DNA of 64,000 nucleotides from an uncultured Planctomycetota bacterium (GTDB taxonomy: Bacteria > Planctomycetota > Planctomycetia > Pirellulales > Lacipirellulaceae): assembly GCA_963719315.1 (NCBI GenBank), contig CAVRBU010000002.1:608001-672000 (forward strand). The letters run 5' to 3'. Of the stretch, positions 52,484 through 63,082 are shown piece by piece. The first letter of the stretch is position 1, and the number at the start of each line of letters is the position of its first letter. Both the position numbers and the translations under genes were made by a program. The notes below the pieces were generated by a model. That model was not told the DNA's origin, ran no database searches, and saw only the letters and a list, made by a program, of their open reading frames with translations.

Positions 52484-53500
52484 CTATTTCTCTTGCGGTT
52501 CCAATCCGGGCATCGCGTCGCTCGATCCCAGCACAATGTCGTCCGGCCCCAGGCCGGCGGCCACTACCCCAAGCTTGTTGTGGAACAAATCGAAGTCGCC
52601 GCCGAAAGCAGGGGGCGAAGCGGTGGTAAAAGATGTTAGCGTTCCAGTTCGGCCGATGACTTGAACCACCGATCCCCGGTGATTTGCGCTCATCGCATTG
52701 AGCGGGTCGCCGGAGATGTCGCCGAAAACCGGATCGAGACCAGGTAGTCCAGTCGGGACATTGCGGGCATACACGTATTCGCCACCGATCAACTGCGGAA
52801 GGCGATACCCATAAGTAGGCGAGACTCCGGCAAATGCCCGCTTCAATTCAGCCGGCGACATCGCGCACACTTCCTCGCGCGAAGGTATATGAATCACCAA
52901 TCGCCCGGCGCGAATCTCATTCGCCGCCGGCGAAGCCGGACATACCACCAACAGGGCGAGCTCGTCTGGTTCGACGTAACCATCCTTCACCAGTTGTGCC
53001 GCAAACATACCCACCTTTTCGTTGGGCCGCACTTGTGGATAGTATCCGCCGTGGTCGAGCGCGTACTTAGAAACGAGCACCCACAATTGGTACTGATTGT
53101 ATTGGCAGACCGTCCGCCGCGTGCCGTCGCGGCTATCGCGGAGCGCCGGAAAAACCAGCATGCTCACCGCCAGCATCACGCCGCCGGCAACCGCCAGGTC
53201 CGCGAGGCTCCAACCCAACACGCCGGCCGGCGGATCGCCCGACGCCATCATCCCTTTCGAGCCAAACGACATCGCTTCCAACTCGTACTCGTCGGAATCC
53301 GCGATCACTTGGGCCGTCCGCTCGGCCAATCGCCCCGGCGGCAACGGCTCGGCATCGTCGTCCTGGTTCGCGGCAAAGCACTCCCGCAATTGGGCCAGCT
53401 CGCGCTGCAACTCCGGGTTATCTCGGAGCAGTGTTCGCAGCTCGCGCCGTTCGTCCGCGTCGAGTTCACCCAACAGATAGCGGATCAGCTGTTCGCGCAT
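52484..53500 (-). CDS. Putative anti-sigma factor (N-terminal anti-sigma domain, TM, DUF1559-like C-terminal part)
   Basis: MREQLIRYLLGELD...PPGRLAERT; TM WSLADLAVAGGV; RRTVCQYN...CP...NHRG; directly downstream of the ECF sigma. Confidence 0.8.
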   Translation of the reverse strand: MREQLIRYLLGELDADERRELRTLLRDNPELQRELAQLRECFAANQDDDAEPLPPGRLAERTAQVIADSDEYELEAMSFGSKGMMASGDPPAGVLGWSLADLAVAGGVMLAVSMLVFPALRDSRDGTRRTVCQYNQYQLWVLVSKYALDHGGYYPQVRPNEKVGMFAAQLVKDGYVEPDELALLVVCPASPAANEIRAGRLVIHIPSREEVCAMSPAELKRAFAGVSPTYGYRLPQLIGGEYVYARNVPTGLPGLDPVFGDISGDPLNAMSANHRGSVVQVIGRTGTLTSFTTASPPAFGGDFDLFHNKLGVVAAGLGPDDIVLGSSDAMPGLEPQEK

Positions 53501-53630
53501 CGCCTGCCGCCGCCGAAAATGATTTTGAAAAACGAATAAAGAGAGCCCGCCCCGCGGCGAGCTCTCCGTAGCTACTACTGAATTATACGTCGAACGCACA
53601 CTGCTTGTTCGCCTAGCATGCGAAGTTCAA

Positions 53631-54284
53631 CTAGTTTCCCGGCGTGGTCTGGGTTTCTTCCCAGGCCTGGCCCAGCCGCTTTACGGCCGAATGGAGCCGG
53701 CTCTTGACCGTTCCGACCGGCACATCCAGTTCGTCCGCGGCTTCGCGATATTTCATTCCCCGGAAGTAAACCAGCTTCACGGCCGACTGCAACTGCTCAG
53801 GCAGCGCAGCCACCGCTCGGCGGACCCATTCCTTCCGCTCTCCCGTTTCCAAATCGCTCGCCGGCTCACTCTCGCGGCCGCTCAGCAAATCGACCAGCGA
53901 GCCCAATTCATCGTGCTGTACCCGGTTCGGCCGATCGAGGCTCACCAGCCGGTGCCGCCGATTGCGGCGCTGAATATCAATCGCTTGATTGGTCGCAACC
54001 GTGTACAGCCAAGGCCGCACCTTCCGCGTGGCATCGTAAAGATGGCACTTCAGGTGCAACTGCATAAACGTGGCTTGAAACGCATCTTCCGCCAATGCCT
54101 GATTGCTCAGAAATCGGCGTAGGTAATTATAAAGCTCTCGCTCATACCGCTTGACCAGTGTTTCGAAGACTTTCGAGTTGCCGGTCAACCGGTATTCGAG
54201 CAGCAGTTCCTCGTCCGTCATTTGACCGACGTCGATCGTGGGAACAGCCAATTTCGGGCGATCGTCCGTGTGAAGCTTTGTCAT
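53631..54284 (-). CDS. ECF RNA polymerase sigma factor
   Basis: TDEELL, AEDAFQATF, WLYTVATN-x-AID, L-x-Y-x-x-G-x-x-YREAA-x-x-L-x-VPVGTVKSRL. Confidence 0.95.
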   Translation of the reverse strand: MTKLHTDDRPKLAVPTIDVGQMTDEELLLEYRLTGNSKVFETLVKRYERELYNYLRRFLSNQALAEDAFQATFMQLHLKCHLYDATRKVRPWLYTVATNQAIDIQRRNRRHRLVSLDRPNRVQHDELGSLVDLLSGRESEPASDLETGERKEWVRRAVAALPEQLQSAVKLVYFRGMKYREAADELDVPVGTVKSRLHSAVKRLGQAWEETQTTPGN

Positions 54285-54854
54285 CGTTACGAACCTCTTT
54301 GAAAGAGGGTTCGACGCAATAGGGAGAAGTTTTCCCTCTTCTCCGTCGTCAGGAATAGTGACCGGTAACCCTTGCATTCTAACGCCTGCAAATCCTTGGG
54401 TCGCCGGTTTGGGGAGCAGAAAGCCGCAGAAGGCCATTTTGGCCAGTCACCGGTCTTCCACCGTCCCGAATGATGCAAATCGCAAGTGGTGTGCCGAATT
54501 GCCCTATCGACATCCGCCAGCAGCCTGCTACGATCCGCTTAAGTGTTGCGTTCGTAAGCACTTAGGAAATCCTTTCGGACGGCCGCTTGTTAAACTGGAT
54601 AAGATACCCGCCACCCATCGCCTGCCAATATTGCATTCGCCGTAGGTCGGACTTACTTGCCAGCGTTGCGGATTTGACCATGCTAGTGATCCGTTCCGCG
54701 ACAGTTTAGGCTGTCAGCAAGCCGGAAAAACAGCCCCGCCATCGGGAGACCATATTTACGATGCCGGCCGCCAAAACCGCCTTGCGGAAAAAACCGGAGC
54801 CGGAAGCAACAGATAACTTCTGTTTCCTCCTGTCTAATGCCATTTGCTCAAAAA

Positions 54855-54956
54855 GTAGGTCCCTTCTGCCGGAAGGGACCTTAGTGAACGCGTTATGTTG
54901 TGAGTAGGTTTTATGTTGTGAATAGGTTCAGGTCCCGCTCGGCAAGCGGGACCTAC
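54855..54956. repeat. GTAG REP pair with 18-bp tandem duplication in the linker
   Basis: 54930-54956 is the exact reverse complement of 8720-8746; linker ttatgttgtga(g/a)taggtt occurs twice. Confidence 0.88.
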
Positions 54957-55030
54957 TTGCGGACAAAGCCCTATTCAATGAATTGCTGTTTGTTCAGTTG
55001 TTAAGGTAACGTTATTTACCGGGATTGTAA

Positions 55031-56227
55031 TTGAAAGTGGCTTCCGAAACTAAAAACACGCCCGCTTCCGTCGATTTGCCAATTTCGGCCACTGACACCG
55101 CCCTTGAACCGCAATCCGAAGCGCAATCGCCCGAGCAGCGGGCCGAAGCCCGTCGCTACAGCCACATTTCGCTGGCCTGCACGCTGGTCGATATGGCAAT
55201 CGACCTCGTCTACCTGGGCCTGATGGCGTTCGTCTTCGCCCGCCCGATCGACGCCTGGCTCGCCAGCTTTCCGTCCCTCGCAGGCGAGCAGTCGATACTG
55301 CGGCTGATCGCACTCTTCTGCATCGTCATGCTGCTCCACATACTGGTCTCGCTACCTCTCTCGTTTTATTCCCACTACGTCGTCGAGCATCAGTTCGGTC
55401 TCAGCAATCAATCGCTACGCCGCTGGCTGCGCAACTGGTCGCTCAGCAACGTGCTCACGATCGCGCTCGGCATTGTGCTGAACGTCGGCCTGTTCTGGAT
55501 CATCTGGCACACCGGCGCCTACTGGTGGTTGATCGCCGCCGCCGCTTTCTTCGTTGTCAGCATCGTCCTCGGCCAACTCGCGCCGGTGCTCATCATGCCG
55601 CTGTTCTACAAAATCGAACCGATCGAAGACGCCGAACTCGACACTCGCATGAAGGAACTGGCAAAGGGCACTGGTCTCACGATCGAAGGCGTCTACCGAC
55701 TCGGCCTCAGCGCCGACACGCAAAAAGCCAACGCCATGCTCGCCGGCCTTGGCCGTACGCGCCGCGTGTTGATGGGCGATACGCTCCTGGAAAAATTCTC
55801 GCCCGACGAAATCGACGTGATCTTCGCCCACGAACTCGGCCACCACGTCCACCGACACATTCCCAAAATGATCGCGACCGGCGTCGTCGTAAGCCTCGCC
55901 GGTTTCTACCTGATTGACCGCGTGCTCGTCTGGTGGGCCGACATTCCCACCGCCGCTTCCGCGCCGACCGCCGCCCTGCCCCTCGTCATGTTCACGCTGA
56001 CCGTTTTCTCACTCGCCCTCTCACCAATACAAAACGCCATCAGCCGCTTCTACGAACGCCAAAGCGACCGCTACGCCCTAACGCGCACGCACGACCCCAC
56101 GGCCTATCGCTCCGCCTTCTGGAAACTAGCCCGCCTCAACAAAGCCGACACCGAGCCGCACTGGCTCGAAGTAATCATGCTGCACAGCCACCCACCGATC
56201 GCGGAACGGCTAGCGATGGCAGATTGA
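55031..56227 (+). CDS. M48 (Ste24-like) membrane zinc metallopeptidase; start uncertain
   Basis: KANAMLAGLG-x-TRRV, AHELGH zinc motif, ERQSD-x-YA, HSHPPIAERL. Confidence 0.93.
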   Translation: MKVASETKNTPASVDLPISATDTALEPQSEAQSPEQRAEARRYSHISLACTLVDMAIDLVYLGLMAFVFARPIDAWLASFPSLAGEQSILRLIALFCIVMLLHILVSLPLSFYSHYVVEHQFGLSNQSLRRWLRNWSLSNVLTIALGIVLNVGLFWIIWHTGAYWWLIAAAAFFVVSIVLGQLAPVLIMPLFYKIEPIEDAELDTRMKELAKGTGLTIEGVYRLGLSADTQKANAMLAGLGRTRRVLMGDTLLEKFSPDEIDVIFAHELGHHVHRHIPKMIATGVVVSLAGFYLIDRVLVWWADIPTAASAPTAALPLVMFTLTVFSLALSPIQNAISRFYERQSDRYALTRTHDPTAYRSAFWKLARLNKADTEPHWLEVIMLHSHPPIAERLAMAD

Positions 56228-56299
56228 GTGCCAACTTCGATTGTGCTGGGGGAAAACGTCATTTTTTGGCAGGAGGTTAAGAACTGGGCGAACTATTTC

Positions 56300-56748
56300 T
56301 TAAGTCCCTGATTGATCTTCGTATCCTGCCAATTCGGATTTCAAACGCAATGCCCCCGCATGTTCAGGATGAATTGTTAGCACTGCGTCGGCGTCGCGTA
56401 GTGCTTCACGAAATTCGCCACGGTACTTATTTACTTGTGCTCGCGAGAATAGATGCTCAATTCCATCAGCGTCTAGTCGTATAGCTTCGTCGAGGTCCGT
56501 GATTGCTTCGCCATATCGCTTTAGTCTGCCAAAAGAGAATGCGCGGACATTCAGAAGATTGGCGGTGTGGCGCGGCTCCGATTCTGGAAGTGCGAGACCA
56601 TTTGAAGCTGCTTGAATCGCTTCTTCGTATTCACCGACATGATTCAATGCATAAGCCAGATTCCAGTATGCTCGCTGAAAGCTCGGATCCAATTCGATAG
56701 CACGGCGGTACGCCCGCATTGCTTGGTCCCAACGTTGAAGTCGGCTTA
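56300..56748 (-). pseudogene. TPR-coding 3' part of the kinase gene, cut off by IS5
   Basis: In frame with the kinase once the IS and one TTA copy are removed: ...DQGYQL-SRLQRWDQAMRAYRRAIELDP. Confidence 0.9.
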
Positions 56749-58590
56749 GGACCTATCCCAAAATTCCACATCGCCTTAAGGCGATGAGGGCGAATTGTAG
56801 ATGAACGAACCCAAGATAGTTAGCCGCCTTCTTTTCCCAACGGATCAGGAGCCTGCGGGCGCGGTTGGTCCAAGAATGCGCGGCTTCGACAACCCAGCGT
56901 CGAGCTTTGTGGCCGGCGCGACAGCGACGCTGCTCCTCGCCACGGCAGCGGATGTGAGGCACGTACCCGAAACGATTCGCCGTAGCTGTCGACGGTTCGC
57001 CAAAGTATCCCTTGTCGAGACACAGGTGCTGCTTGCGCCGACGGCTGGGTCGTCGAATCGGGATGGAGCGAAGCGTGTCGCGCAGAAGACGTTGGTCGTG
57101 AGCATTGGCGCCGTCAATCGCGACGCCCAGAGGAACGCCGCGGGCGTCGGTCAAGACCGATCGCTTGACTCCGAGCTTACCTCGATCGGTGGGGTTTTTC
57201 CCGGTTTTTTTCCCCTCCCAGCGGCGACTTAGGACCTATCCCAAAATACGTGAACGGGTGTTATTTCCGTGCGTAGGAAAAGGTGAGGAATGGTTTCCGT
57301 TCGAATCTCGTCTTTGCTTGCACGGAGGTGTACATGCACTGCGATTGGCAGGGCAAATTTGCTTGGATGCCCGAAAAGCTTTGGCGGCAGCTTGAACCCT
57401 TGCTGCCGAAGTATCCGCGATCCACGAAGGTTGGGCGACCCCGCGCGAATCTGCGCCCGTTGCCAGCGGCATTCTTTATCTGTTGCGCACCGGCTGCCAG
57501 TGGAAGGCGCTGCCGCCACAATTTGGCAGCCCCAGTACCGTTCATCGCTATTTCCAAGAGTGGACTCGCCTGGGTATTTGGCAACGGTTTTGGAAACGGG
57601 CGCTGGGGAAGTACGATCAGAAGCGCGGCATCGCTTGGCGCTGGCAGTCGGTGGACGGCGCGACAACTAAGTCGCCGCTGGGAGGGGAAAAAAACCGGGA
57701 AAAACCCCACCGATCGAGGTAAGCTCGGAGTCAAGCGATCGGTCTTGACCGACGCCCGCGGCGTTCCTCTGGGCGTCGCGATTGACGGCGCCAATGCTCA
57801 CGACCAACGTCTTCTGCGCGACACGCTTCGCTCCATCCCGATTCGACGACCCAGCCGTCGGCGCAAGCAGCACCTGTGTCTCGACAAGGGATACTTTGGC
57901 GAACCGTCGACAGCTACGGCGAATCGTTTCGGGTACGTGCCTCACATCCGCTGCCGTGGCGAGGAGCAGCGTCGCTGTCGCGCCGGCCACAAAGCTCGAC
58001 GCTGGGTTGTCGAAGCCGCGCATTCTTGGACCAACCGCGCCCGCAGGCTCCTGATCCGTTGGGAAAAGAAGGCGGCTAACTATCTTGGGTTCGTTCATCT
58101 ACAATTCGCCCTCATCGCCTTAAGGCGATGTGGAATTTTGGGATAGGTCCTTAGTTGTCGCGCCGTCCACCGACTGCCAGCGCCAAGCGATGCCGCGCTT
58201 CTGATCGTACTTCCCCAGCGCCCGTTTCCAAAACCGTTGCCAAATACCCAGGCGAGTCCACTCTTGGAAATAGCGATGAACGGTACTGGGGCTGCCAAAT
58301 TGTGGCGGCAGCGCCTTCCACTGGCAGCCGGTGCGCAACAGATAAAGAATGCCGCTGGCAACGGTGCGCAGATTCGCGCGGGGTCGCCCAACCTTCGTGG
58401 ATCGCGGATACTTCGGCAGCAAGGGTTCAAGCTGCCGCCAAAGCTTTTCGGGCATCCAAGCAAATTTGCCCTGCCAATCGCAGTGCATGTACACCTCCGT
58501 GCAAGCAAAGACGAGATTCGAACGGAAACCATTCCTCACCTCTTCCTACGCACGGAAATAACACCCGTTCACGTATTTTGGGATAGGTCC
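56749..58590 (-). mobile_element. IS5-family element (outer copy, ~920 bp) interrupted by an inverted copy of itself
   Basis: 16-bp TIRs GGACCTATCCCAAAAT; TTA target duplication at 56746-56748 and 58591-58593; transposase halves at 58154-58590 and 56749-57231. Confidence 0.96.
57232..58150 (+). mobile_element. IS5-family element (inner copy, 919 bp); two-ORF transposase with A7 slippery site
   Basis: Same TIRs; TTA duplication at 57229-57231 and 58151-58153; RTGCQWKALP, VDG, NPTDRGK, LDKGY, RWVVE motifs; GGGGAAAAAAAC near 57684-57695; 1-bp deletion near 57456 relative to the outer copy. Confidence 0.96.
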
Positions 58591-59635
58591 TTAATTGATA
58601 GCCTTGATCGTTTGCATCTTTCGCAGTGTCGCTCAGTTTTTCAATTTCTGGCCAATTCATGGAAAACATTCGACGAGTAATACCAAGTCGTTCCCCACAT
58701 TGACTGCAGAATCGGCTCGACTCCGGCACGCGGCTTCCACAACTCGGACAATCTAGAAACGGCGATACTGCCGCCAACGCTTGATTTGCTTCTTTTGCCG
58801 ACCCGTAGCGCGATGTTCGCTCTCGCTCAAGAAGTCTCATGACTACAGCCGCATACTCACGATAAAGTCGAGCGTCACTCGCAGCTAAATGAGACGGGGG
58901 TTTTAATTGCTGCGGTAAGTAGTCATCGTCCCGTAAAAGCTCGTCAATCTGAAATAGTCCACTAGGGTGTGAATACGGATGTCGCCCGGAAAGTAGAAGA
59001 TAGCCCGTTATTCCCATCATGAATAAATCGGAAGAGAAGTCAGCATCCTCGCCACGCGCCTGTTCAGGAGACATAAAGTCGGGCGTTCCCGTACCGCCCT
59101 GTTTTTGCGATGAACCTTCTTGCTCTTCACCAGTTCCGATTACGCGAGCAATGCCAAGGTCCGCGATCTTCGGTATGCGACTTTTGGTTAAAAGTATGTT
59201 TGCCGGCTTTAGATCTCGGTGACATATTCCTTGTGCGTGCGCAAACGCAAGGCCTGACAAAATTTCTCGTAGCACTGAAATTGACTGTTCGAGTGGAATG
59301 TTTTGGCTATTTAGTGCGTTCTGACGCAGCTCATCCCAAAGCGACATTCCGTCCACGTATTCGAGTACCAGAAATATATCATCGTCCTCAGGAATAATCT
59401 GATACACCTGTACGATGTTTGTGTGAATTAGTTTTGCGCCACGCTGAGCTTCTTCTCTGAATTGGTTTAACTCTTCGGGCGATAGACTTTGGCCTCGTCG
59501 AAGTGGACGTTTGATGGCAACATCTCGATTTAAATGCGTGTCCACAGCTTTCCAAACCACAGCCGACCCACCTGTGCCGATTTGATCTTCGAGCACAAAT
59601 TCTTTCAGCTTCACGCCTTTCTTCAGGACGATCAT
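58591..59635 (-). pseudogene. Ser/Thr protein kinase + zinc ribbon, 5' part of the IS-disrupted kinase-TPR gene
   Basis: IGTGGSAVVWKA, VAIK, HRDLKPANIL, DLG, GTPDFMSPEQ; CPSC...CSQC; AT-richer than flanks. Confidence 0.93.
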
Positions 59636-59741
59636 TTCTGCCAACTTTCTGCAAGAGCACGCCTTGCGTCTTTTTGATCCCGAATAGGATGGATCACGCA
59701 ATCGATGAGATTCAAGATATATGCATATTGCATCCCCGTTG

Positions 59742-60860
59742 CTATGTTCGCACGACCTGCGTCCCGCTCACCCGCCGCACGAGGCGCCGCATTTCCAGCA
59801 CGCTAATCGTTGAAAGCACGCGATGAATCGGCAGGCCGCTAGCCTTCATAATGGCATCCATCGACGTCGGCGAGCCGTCGATCGTTGCCAGAACTTGCTG
59901 CTCGATTTCGTTGAGCGTCAATTCGGCCGGCTTGGTAAGGAGGGTGCCGTCGTCGCGCTGAATGTTTTCCGCCAATGGACCGAGTTCGGCCAGTACGTCG
60001 TCGATCGACTCGACCAACTTCGCCCCGTCTTTGATGAGCGCGTGACATCCGCGCGACAACCGGCTATCAATCGGCCCCGGCACGGCGAACACCTCGCGCC
60101 CTTGTTCGTAGGCGTGCCGGGCTGTGATCAGTGCGCCCGACCGCTCGGCCGCTTCAACCACAATCGTGCCCAGCGTCAGTCCGCTGATGATCCGGTTACG
60201 CTGCGGAAATGCGCCGCTGAGCGGCATCATCCGCGGCGGCGATTCGCTCAGCAGATATCCGCTCGCCGACACTTCGTCGGCCAGCTTCTCGTGCTCCGGT
60301 GGGTAGATTTCCAGCAGTCCGCTGGCCAACACGGCAATCGTCCGCCCGCCGGCCGCGAGCGCGCCGCGATGGGCCGCCGCATCGATTCCCCGCGCTAGCC
60401 CGCTCACCACCGTAAATCCGGTCCGCGCGAGGCTTCCCGCCAACCTCTCGGCATGTGCTAACCCGTATCGCGAGGCATGCCGCGTGCCGACGATCGCCAC
60501 CGCCATCTCGTCCTGAGCGTTCGGCTTGCCGCGCCGAAACAACACGCCGGGCGGATCGTGTATCTGCCGAAGCGGCCGTGGATAGTCGGCGCTCAACTCG
60601 GTAAGCACGTCAATGCCGTGCTCCGCCGCAATTTGCAGTTCGAGCTCCGCGTTGATCTCCTCGTTCGCCGCCACGATCCGAGACGCCGTCTTCGGCCCGA
60701 TGCCCTGCACGGCTTGCAACTCGTCCTTGCCGGCCGCCAGCACCGCGGTGGGTGTGCGGAATCGCTCCAACAGCGCCTTCCGCAGCAGTGGTCCCACTCC
60801 CGACACGAGCGATAACCGCAGACTTTCGACAAGCTCATCGGCAAAAGCGGTTTCGGCCAT
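59742..60860 (-). CDS. dprA: DNA-processing protein DprA
   Basis: YPRPL...DPP, AIVGTR, VSGLARGIDAAAH, FPQRNRIISG, SGALITA, GREVFAVPG; C-terminal winged helix. Confidence 0.97.
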   Translation of the reverse strand: MAETAFADELVESLRLSLVSGVGPLLRKALLERFRTPTAVLAAGKDELQAVQGIGPKTASRIVAANEEINAELELQIAAEHGIDVLTELSADYPRPLRQIHDPPGVLFRRGKPNAQDEMAVAIVGTRHASRYGLAHAERLAGSLARTGFTVVSGLARGIDAAAHRGALAAGGRTIAVLASGLLEIYPPEHEKLADEVSASGYLLSESPPRMMPLSGAFPQRNRIISGLTLGTIVVEAAERSGALITARHAYEQGREVFAVPGPIDSRLSRGCHALIKDGAKLVESIDDVLAELGPLAENIQRDDGTLLTKPAELTLNEIEQQVLATIDGSPTSMDAIMKASGLPIHRVLSTISVLEMRRLVRRVSGTQVVRT

Positions 60861-60941
60861 GCGCGCACCCCAAACGTGAACGCTCAGTCTAACGGCCGTG
60901 GCGCATCGAAGAAAGTATTGCCGACGGCAAATGGCGTGGCT

Positions 60942-61493
60942 CTATCGAAACAATTCATCCGCGTCACATGAAAAGCCGGGCACTACGGGGTCGCCGACGA
61001 GCGTTTCGCCCGCCGCAACTATCCGCACGTTCGTCGGCGATAGGTAGATCGTGACGGTCTTCAATTTCGGATCGACGACCCAAACTGCGGCGCTACCAGA
61101 CGCGAGCCACTCTTCGACTTTTTCGGCGACCTCGCCCGAAGTGTCGCGGGGTGAAAGCACTTCTATGGCCAGGTCGGGCGCACCGGGCCAGTATGCTTCC
61201 GTCGGTTCAGTTCGCGGCAAATGAGCGTTCGCGATGAAGGCGAAATCGGGCGCACGAACGGTGTCTGGGTCACGCTTTAATAGGAAGCCGGTTTCGGCCC
61301 CGAACGCGCGGCCGCTTTTATTCTTGCGGACAAACGTCCCGAGGTGTGACGCGATATTGGCCGCGACCCCACCATGCCGCCATCCAGCGGGTGACATCAC
61401 GCGAAGTTCTCCTGCTACGAGTTCGTACCGTTTGCCCATGCCGCTGGGCAAGGCTAACAATTCGTCGGCGGTGAAATAAGTAGTTGTGCTCAT
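60942..61493 (-). CDS. Uma2-family (PD-(D/E)xK) endonuclease
   Basis: RYELVAGEL...SP...HG, DTVRAPD, APDLAIEVLSP, VWVVDP. Confidence 0.92.
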   Translation of the reverse strand: MSTTTYFTADELLALPSGMGKRYELVAGELRVMSPAGWRHGGVAANIASHLGTFVRKNKSGRAFGAETGFLLKRDPDTVRAPDFAFIANAHLPRTEPTEAYWPGAPDLAIEVLSPRDTSGEVAEKVEEWLASGSAAVWVVDPKLKTVTIYLSPTNVRIVAAGETLVGDPVVPGFSCDADELFR

Positions 61494-61549
61494 AGGCACA
61501 TTATATCACGCAAGAAAACCTCGGTCTGCCTATGTCTGCGGTGATTTGC

Positions 61550-62629
61550 TTATTCTGCCATCGCGGCGACGACATCGTTATTCTTCACATCGCGCACCAA
61601 TTCCACGTGCCCCATCCGCGTCGGCAGCACGAACCGCAGCTTCCCGCGCTCTACTTTCTTGTCGCGGTACATAAGTTCGATAAGTTCATCGCGGTCGACG
61701 TCCGGCACGTCGAGCGACAGTCCCGCCGCCTCCAATAACTTGCGTTGCCGTTCGACGAACGCCGCATCGACTCGCTTCATCCGCTCGGCCAGCCGCGCGG
61801 CGCACATCATGCCAATCGCCACTCCTTCGCCGTGCAGCAGAGTTTCGTATCCGGTAGCCGCTTCGAAGGCGTGGCAGAATGTGTGGCCGTAGTTGAGGAT
61901 CGACCGCAGACCCGTTTCCTCGCGTTCGTCCTGCTCGACCACGTCGGCCTTCAGCCGGCAGCAACGCTCGACGATGTGCGTCAGCACCGCCGCATCCCGG
62001 GCGTTCACCTGCTTGATGTTCGTTTCCAGGTACGCGAAGAAGTCAGCGTCTTGAATCACGCCGTATTTCACGACCTCGGCCAGGCCGGCGCGATACTCGC
62101 GCACCGGCAGCGATTGCAGCATGTCCACGTCGACCAACACGCCGCGCGGCTGCCAGAACGCGCCGACCATATTCTTGCCGCCGGGCAAGTTGATGCCGAC
62201 CTTGCCGCCGACCGAGCTATCCACTTGCGCAAGCAGCGTCGTCGGAATCTGCACGAACCGCAGCCCGCGCCCGAACGTCGCTGCCACGAAGCCGGCCAGG
62301 TCGCCCACCACGCCGCCTCCGAGTGCCACGACCACGCTCTGCCGATCGGCCCCTTGGTCGAGCAGTTGCTCCCACAAATCGGCCGCCACGTCGCTGGCCT
62401 TGCTCTGCTCGCCCGCCTCGACAATTAGAATATCGATCTGGGCTCCCGCCTCCTGGAGCGCATCGCCCACCGGCTCGCTGTACAACTCCTCTACATTCGA
62501 GTCGGTAATGACGACCACATGCGCATCATCCTGCTCCGCATCGCAAAACTTGACCGCCTCGCGCAGGTTGCCGCTGCCGATCTCAATATCGTAACTCCGC
62601 GGACCGAGGTTGACGTGAACGGTGGGCAT
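61550..62629 (-). CDS. aroB: 3-dehydroquinate synthase
   Basis: GEQSK, GGGVVGDLAGF, PTTLLAQVDSSVGGK, KNMVGAF, LNYGHTFCHA, LHGEGVAIG. Confidence 0.98.
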   Translation of the reverse strand: MPTVHVNLGPRSYDIEIGSGNLREAVKFCDAEQDDAHVVVITDSNVEELYSEPVGDALQEAGAQIDILIVEAGEQSKASDVAADLWEQLLDQGADRQSVVVALGGGVVGDLAGFVAATFGRGLRFVQIPTTLLAQVDSSVGGKVGINLPGGKNMVGAFWQPRGVLVDVDMLQSLPVREYRAGLAEVVKYGVIQDADFFAYLETNIKQVNARDAAVLTHIVERCCRLKADVVEQDEREETGLRSILNYGHTFCHAFEAATGYETLLHGEGVAIGMMCAARLAERMKRVDAAFVERQRKLLEAAGLSLDVPDVDRDELIELMYRDKKVERGKLRFVLPTRMGHVELVRDVKNNDVVAAMAE

Positions 62630-62638
62630 GGGAGGATT

Positions 62639-62715
62639 AGGTGTCAGGTGTCAGTTGTAAGTGATGGGTTTTAGCATTTTGGAAATCTGACACCTGACAC
62701 CCGAAACCCGACACC
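62639..62715. repeat. Inverted heptamer tandem repeats (GGTGTCA / CTGACAC); again at 63742-63772
   Basis: ggtgtcaggtgtcag ... ctgacacctgacacccgaaacccgacacc. Confidence 0.8.
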
Positions 62716-62719
62716 TTCT

Positions 62720-62944
62720 TCACGTCGTTACCCGTGCGATATCATCCGGCGTCACTACGATCCGCCGGCAGAATCCCGTGTGCGTCCGCACGTACTCCAA
62801 CTGGTTGGCTTCTTCCGGCGCCTGATGCAGCAACCGCTCGACGCGGGCCCGCTCGTCTGGCTCCCAATCGTCGTACTCCTCCGGCCACTGGGTCTCGACT
62901 TCCACGATGAGCGCTTCGCGATACGGATCAAATTTATCGGCCAT
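62720..62944 (-). CDS. Small hypothetical protein (74 aa)
   Basis: MADKFDPYREALIVE...YVRTHTGFCRRI; natural composition, co-oriented with aroB. Confidence 0.75.
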   Translation of the reverse strand: MADKFDPYREALIVEVETQWPEEYDDWEPDERARVERLLHQAPEEANQLEYVRTHTGFCRRIVVTPDDIARVTT

Positions 62945-63082
62945 GGCGGCGGTTGGGTGAGTAGGTGAGTGGTGAGTAAGTGAATAGGTTTAAAGCGAAG
63001 CCGGCTACATACTCACCGACTCACTGGGCACCATCTAATGAGATGGTCCACCTACTCACCCAACAAGTATACTGAACCAACG

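Noticed and set aside
57283..58146. 287-aa continuous transposase ORF
   Set aside because: It is continuous only because a 1-bp deletion near 57456 shifts it early into the ORF-B frame; the middle part is out of frame and lacks RTGCQWKALP, which the outer copy has in frame.
58427..58590. C-terminal RTYPKIRERV... tail of the kinase ORF
   Set aside because: Read-through into the IS end, not native protein.
62639..63062. Short repeats as a CRISPR array
   Set aside because: 7-8-nt degenerate units with no spacers and no cas genes in the window.
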